From positions 21,948,001 to 22,012,000 of the forward strand of contig NC_045138.2 in NCBI RefSeq assembly GCF_008831285.2: 64,000 bases of DNA, read 5' to 3'. Below, piece after piece: positions 63,459 to 64,000 of this stretch; within the stretch, counting starts at the first letter, position 1, and the number at the start of each line of letters is the position of its first letter. Both the position numbers and the translations under genes were made by a program. Origin of the DNA: Nymphaea colorata. Taxonomy: Eukaryota. The notes under the pieces were generated by a model. That model did not search any database and was not told the origin of the DNA. It was given only the letters and a program-made list of their open reading frames with translations.

Positions 63459-64000
63459 GTAGGTGAGCAGCAGTCCTGAACCCTCGGGGATGAGGAGAAG
63501 CATCGTGTTTGGGAGGACAGGGAGGAAGGGTGGGCCTTCATTCAAGGCCCTCCAAGGTCCGACTTTCTTCCAGGGTAAAATTACCCTCACCCATTCAATT
63601 CAGCATGATAAATTTCCTTGTATTCGATTTGAAAATCAAAAATCGTATAAAAACGACAAGTTTTTTCCCCTGCTTCACAGTAAAATCGTTGTGCATCAAA
63701 AGGGGGCCTCAGAGATAAAATTTCCTCGTTACGAAATAAAAATTATTAGAAAAGCCCCCACATAGAGTGTCACGGGCTGACAACTTCGGCCCGTGCGGCG
63801 CGGCAAGAACCTGATTGCCGCAAGCCTTCAAACCACCGAACGGGGCGCAAAAGTAGTTTGAGAAAACAAGTGTATAAAGAATGCTTGTGAATAAAGAAAT
63901 CTCGCAATGTATACGCTTGGAAAATTAGTACATCACGAGAAAGATAAGTAAGGAGAATGATCTCGAATTTACTTATGTAGGATGGCCGAGGCCGCTTACA

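Overview
Flowering-plant nuclear DNA (spliceosomal GT-AG introns, AT-rich intergenic DNA, many MITEs and microsatellites). I reconstructed five intact multi-exon genes by hand: plastid 3-ketoacyl-ACP synthase III (KAS III, minus, 2350-12077), peroxin PEX11c/d/e-type (plus, 28849-30215), an ANAC013/016/017-type membrane-tethered NAC transcription factor (plus, 38961-41748), chitinase-like CTL1/CTL2 (minus, 43048-44995) and a DnaJ10-type co-chaperone (minus, 50664-58213). A plastid psbB fragment (NUPT) lies near the end. The most striking feature is in KAS III intron 3: a 4.1-kb non-autonomous LTR element (about 200-bp LTRs, tRNA-Met PBS, PPT), itself nested in an hAT-type MITE. It has no recognisable RT, RNase H or integrase core. 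Instead it carries intron-free fragments of at least two, probably three, unrelated host mRNAs (insulin-degrading-enzyme-like M16 peptidase, an unidentified short piece, and a PHD/PZP-finger protein) joined head to tail. There is also a local duplication (about 20.4-23.6 kb plus 32.2-32.4 kb versus 32.4-38.55 kb). Its two copies differ by an 8.6-kb block containing PEX11 that starts exactly at a PIF/Harbinger-like terminus. All protein identities come from motif recognition by eye, not from database searches.
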